Under the pieces are notes generated by a model that worked only from the letters and a program-made list of their open reading frames with translations, was not told the origin of the DNA and ran no database searches. A DNA stretch of 37,775 bases, taken from positions 1-37,775 of the forward strand of contig JBMYUM010000002.1 of the NCBI GenBank assembly GCA_049605375.1, written 5' to 3'. Shown here piece after piece: positions 37,313-37,775 of this stretch. The first letter of the stretch is position 1; the number at the start of each line of letters is the position of its first letter. A program made the translations under genes and the position numbers. The stretch is from Phycisphaerae bacterium (GTDB lineage Bacteria; Planctomycetota; Phycisphaerae; UBA1845).

Positions 37313-37775
37313 GTGGCGAAGAAACCCAAGAAACCAGACCAATCCCAGCCCGGCAACGGTGACGCCACCCCACCATCGGGTGAGGGCAAGGTGCGTCGGA
37401 GACGACGGGCACCGAAGTCATGGTCGCAAACTCACGGCCGTGACATCAAGTTCCTTGGGATTTTCCTCGGTTTGGTGGGGCTCTATTTCGCAGCGACAAC
37501 CACATCATTCATGAATGATCAGTTCTTTCCGTGGTATCTTCGCTTGAACGCAGAAGCATCAGGGCTGTTGTTGAACGCCATGGGCTACGACGATGTTTCC
37601 GTGCGAGACCAATCGCTGATCGGCGCTTTCCGTATGCAGATTGCCCGCGGATGTGACGGCATGGACCCGTCCGCACTCTTTATCGCTGCGGTCCTGGCCT
37701 CACCTGTGGCTTTCCGTCGAAAGCTGCCGGCCTTGTTGATCGGAACAGGACTCTTGCTCGTCCTTAATGTGTTGC
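37313..37775 (+). CDS. Exosortase/archaeosortase-family protein, 3'-truncated by the window edge (possibly XrtH-like)
   Basis: The frame is open from 37298 to the window end and is absent from the ORF track because it has no stop. The probable start is GTG at 37313; there is no ATG before the first TM. It has a basic N-terminus (KVRRRRRAPK), hydrophobic helices (FLGIFLGLVGLYFAATT, ALFIAAVLASPVAF, ALLIGTGLLLVLNVL) and QIARGCDGMD at the position of the exosortase CxG catalytic-Cys motif. Confidence 0.65.
   Translation, partial: MAKKPKKPDQSQPGNGDATPPSGEGKVRRRRRAPKSWSQTHGRDIKFLGIFLGLVGLYFAATTTSFMNDQFFPWYLRLNAEASGLLLNAMGYDDVSVRDQSLIGAFRMQIARGCDGMDPSALFIAAVLASPVAFRRKLPALLIGTGLLLVLNVL

Overview
GC-rich chromosomal window. 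Gene content suggests a Planctomycetota-like organism, but that is inference only. No rRNA, tRNA, CRISPR array, transposase or integrase was found.

Core housekeeping genes, all on the minus strand:
- mfd, translationally coupled to a SurA/PrsA-like PPIase lipoprotein
- trpB
- a tightly packed gap-pgk-rpe-(degenerate histidine phosphatase)-accD operon
- rpsA

Accessory content:
1. A 1396-aa secreted protein (32958-37148) has about 20 alternating cysteine-knot modules and an IPTL/PEP-CTERM-type sorting tail. A hairpin terminator follows it, then a 3'-truncated exosortase-like gene at the window edge.
2. A second, unrelated Cys-rich repeat protein (1096-2961) has six 45-aa, 10-Cys repeats and a dockerin-like C-terminus.
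3. A minus-strand type II FAS/PKS-like module (25136-30153) comprises a FabZ-like dehydratase, an ACP with an insertion, a 700-nt non-coding gap, a second FabZ-like dehydratase, a catalytically dead KS partner (Cys->Glu, His->Phe, His->Asn) and an intact KS.
4. A four-gene ABC ATPase / ABC-2 permease / GldG-like / DUF4340-like operon.
5. An orphan REC-XRE hybrid response regulator.

Several ORF-track starts are TTG/GTG extensions. I moved them to downstream ATGs that have Shine-Dalgarno-like motifs. The many long alternative-frame and antisense ORFs inside the repeat genes and housekeeping genes are rejected as artefacts.
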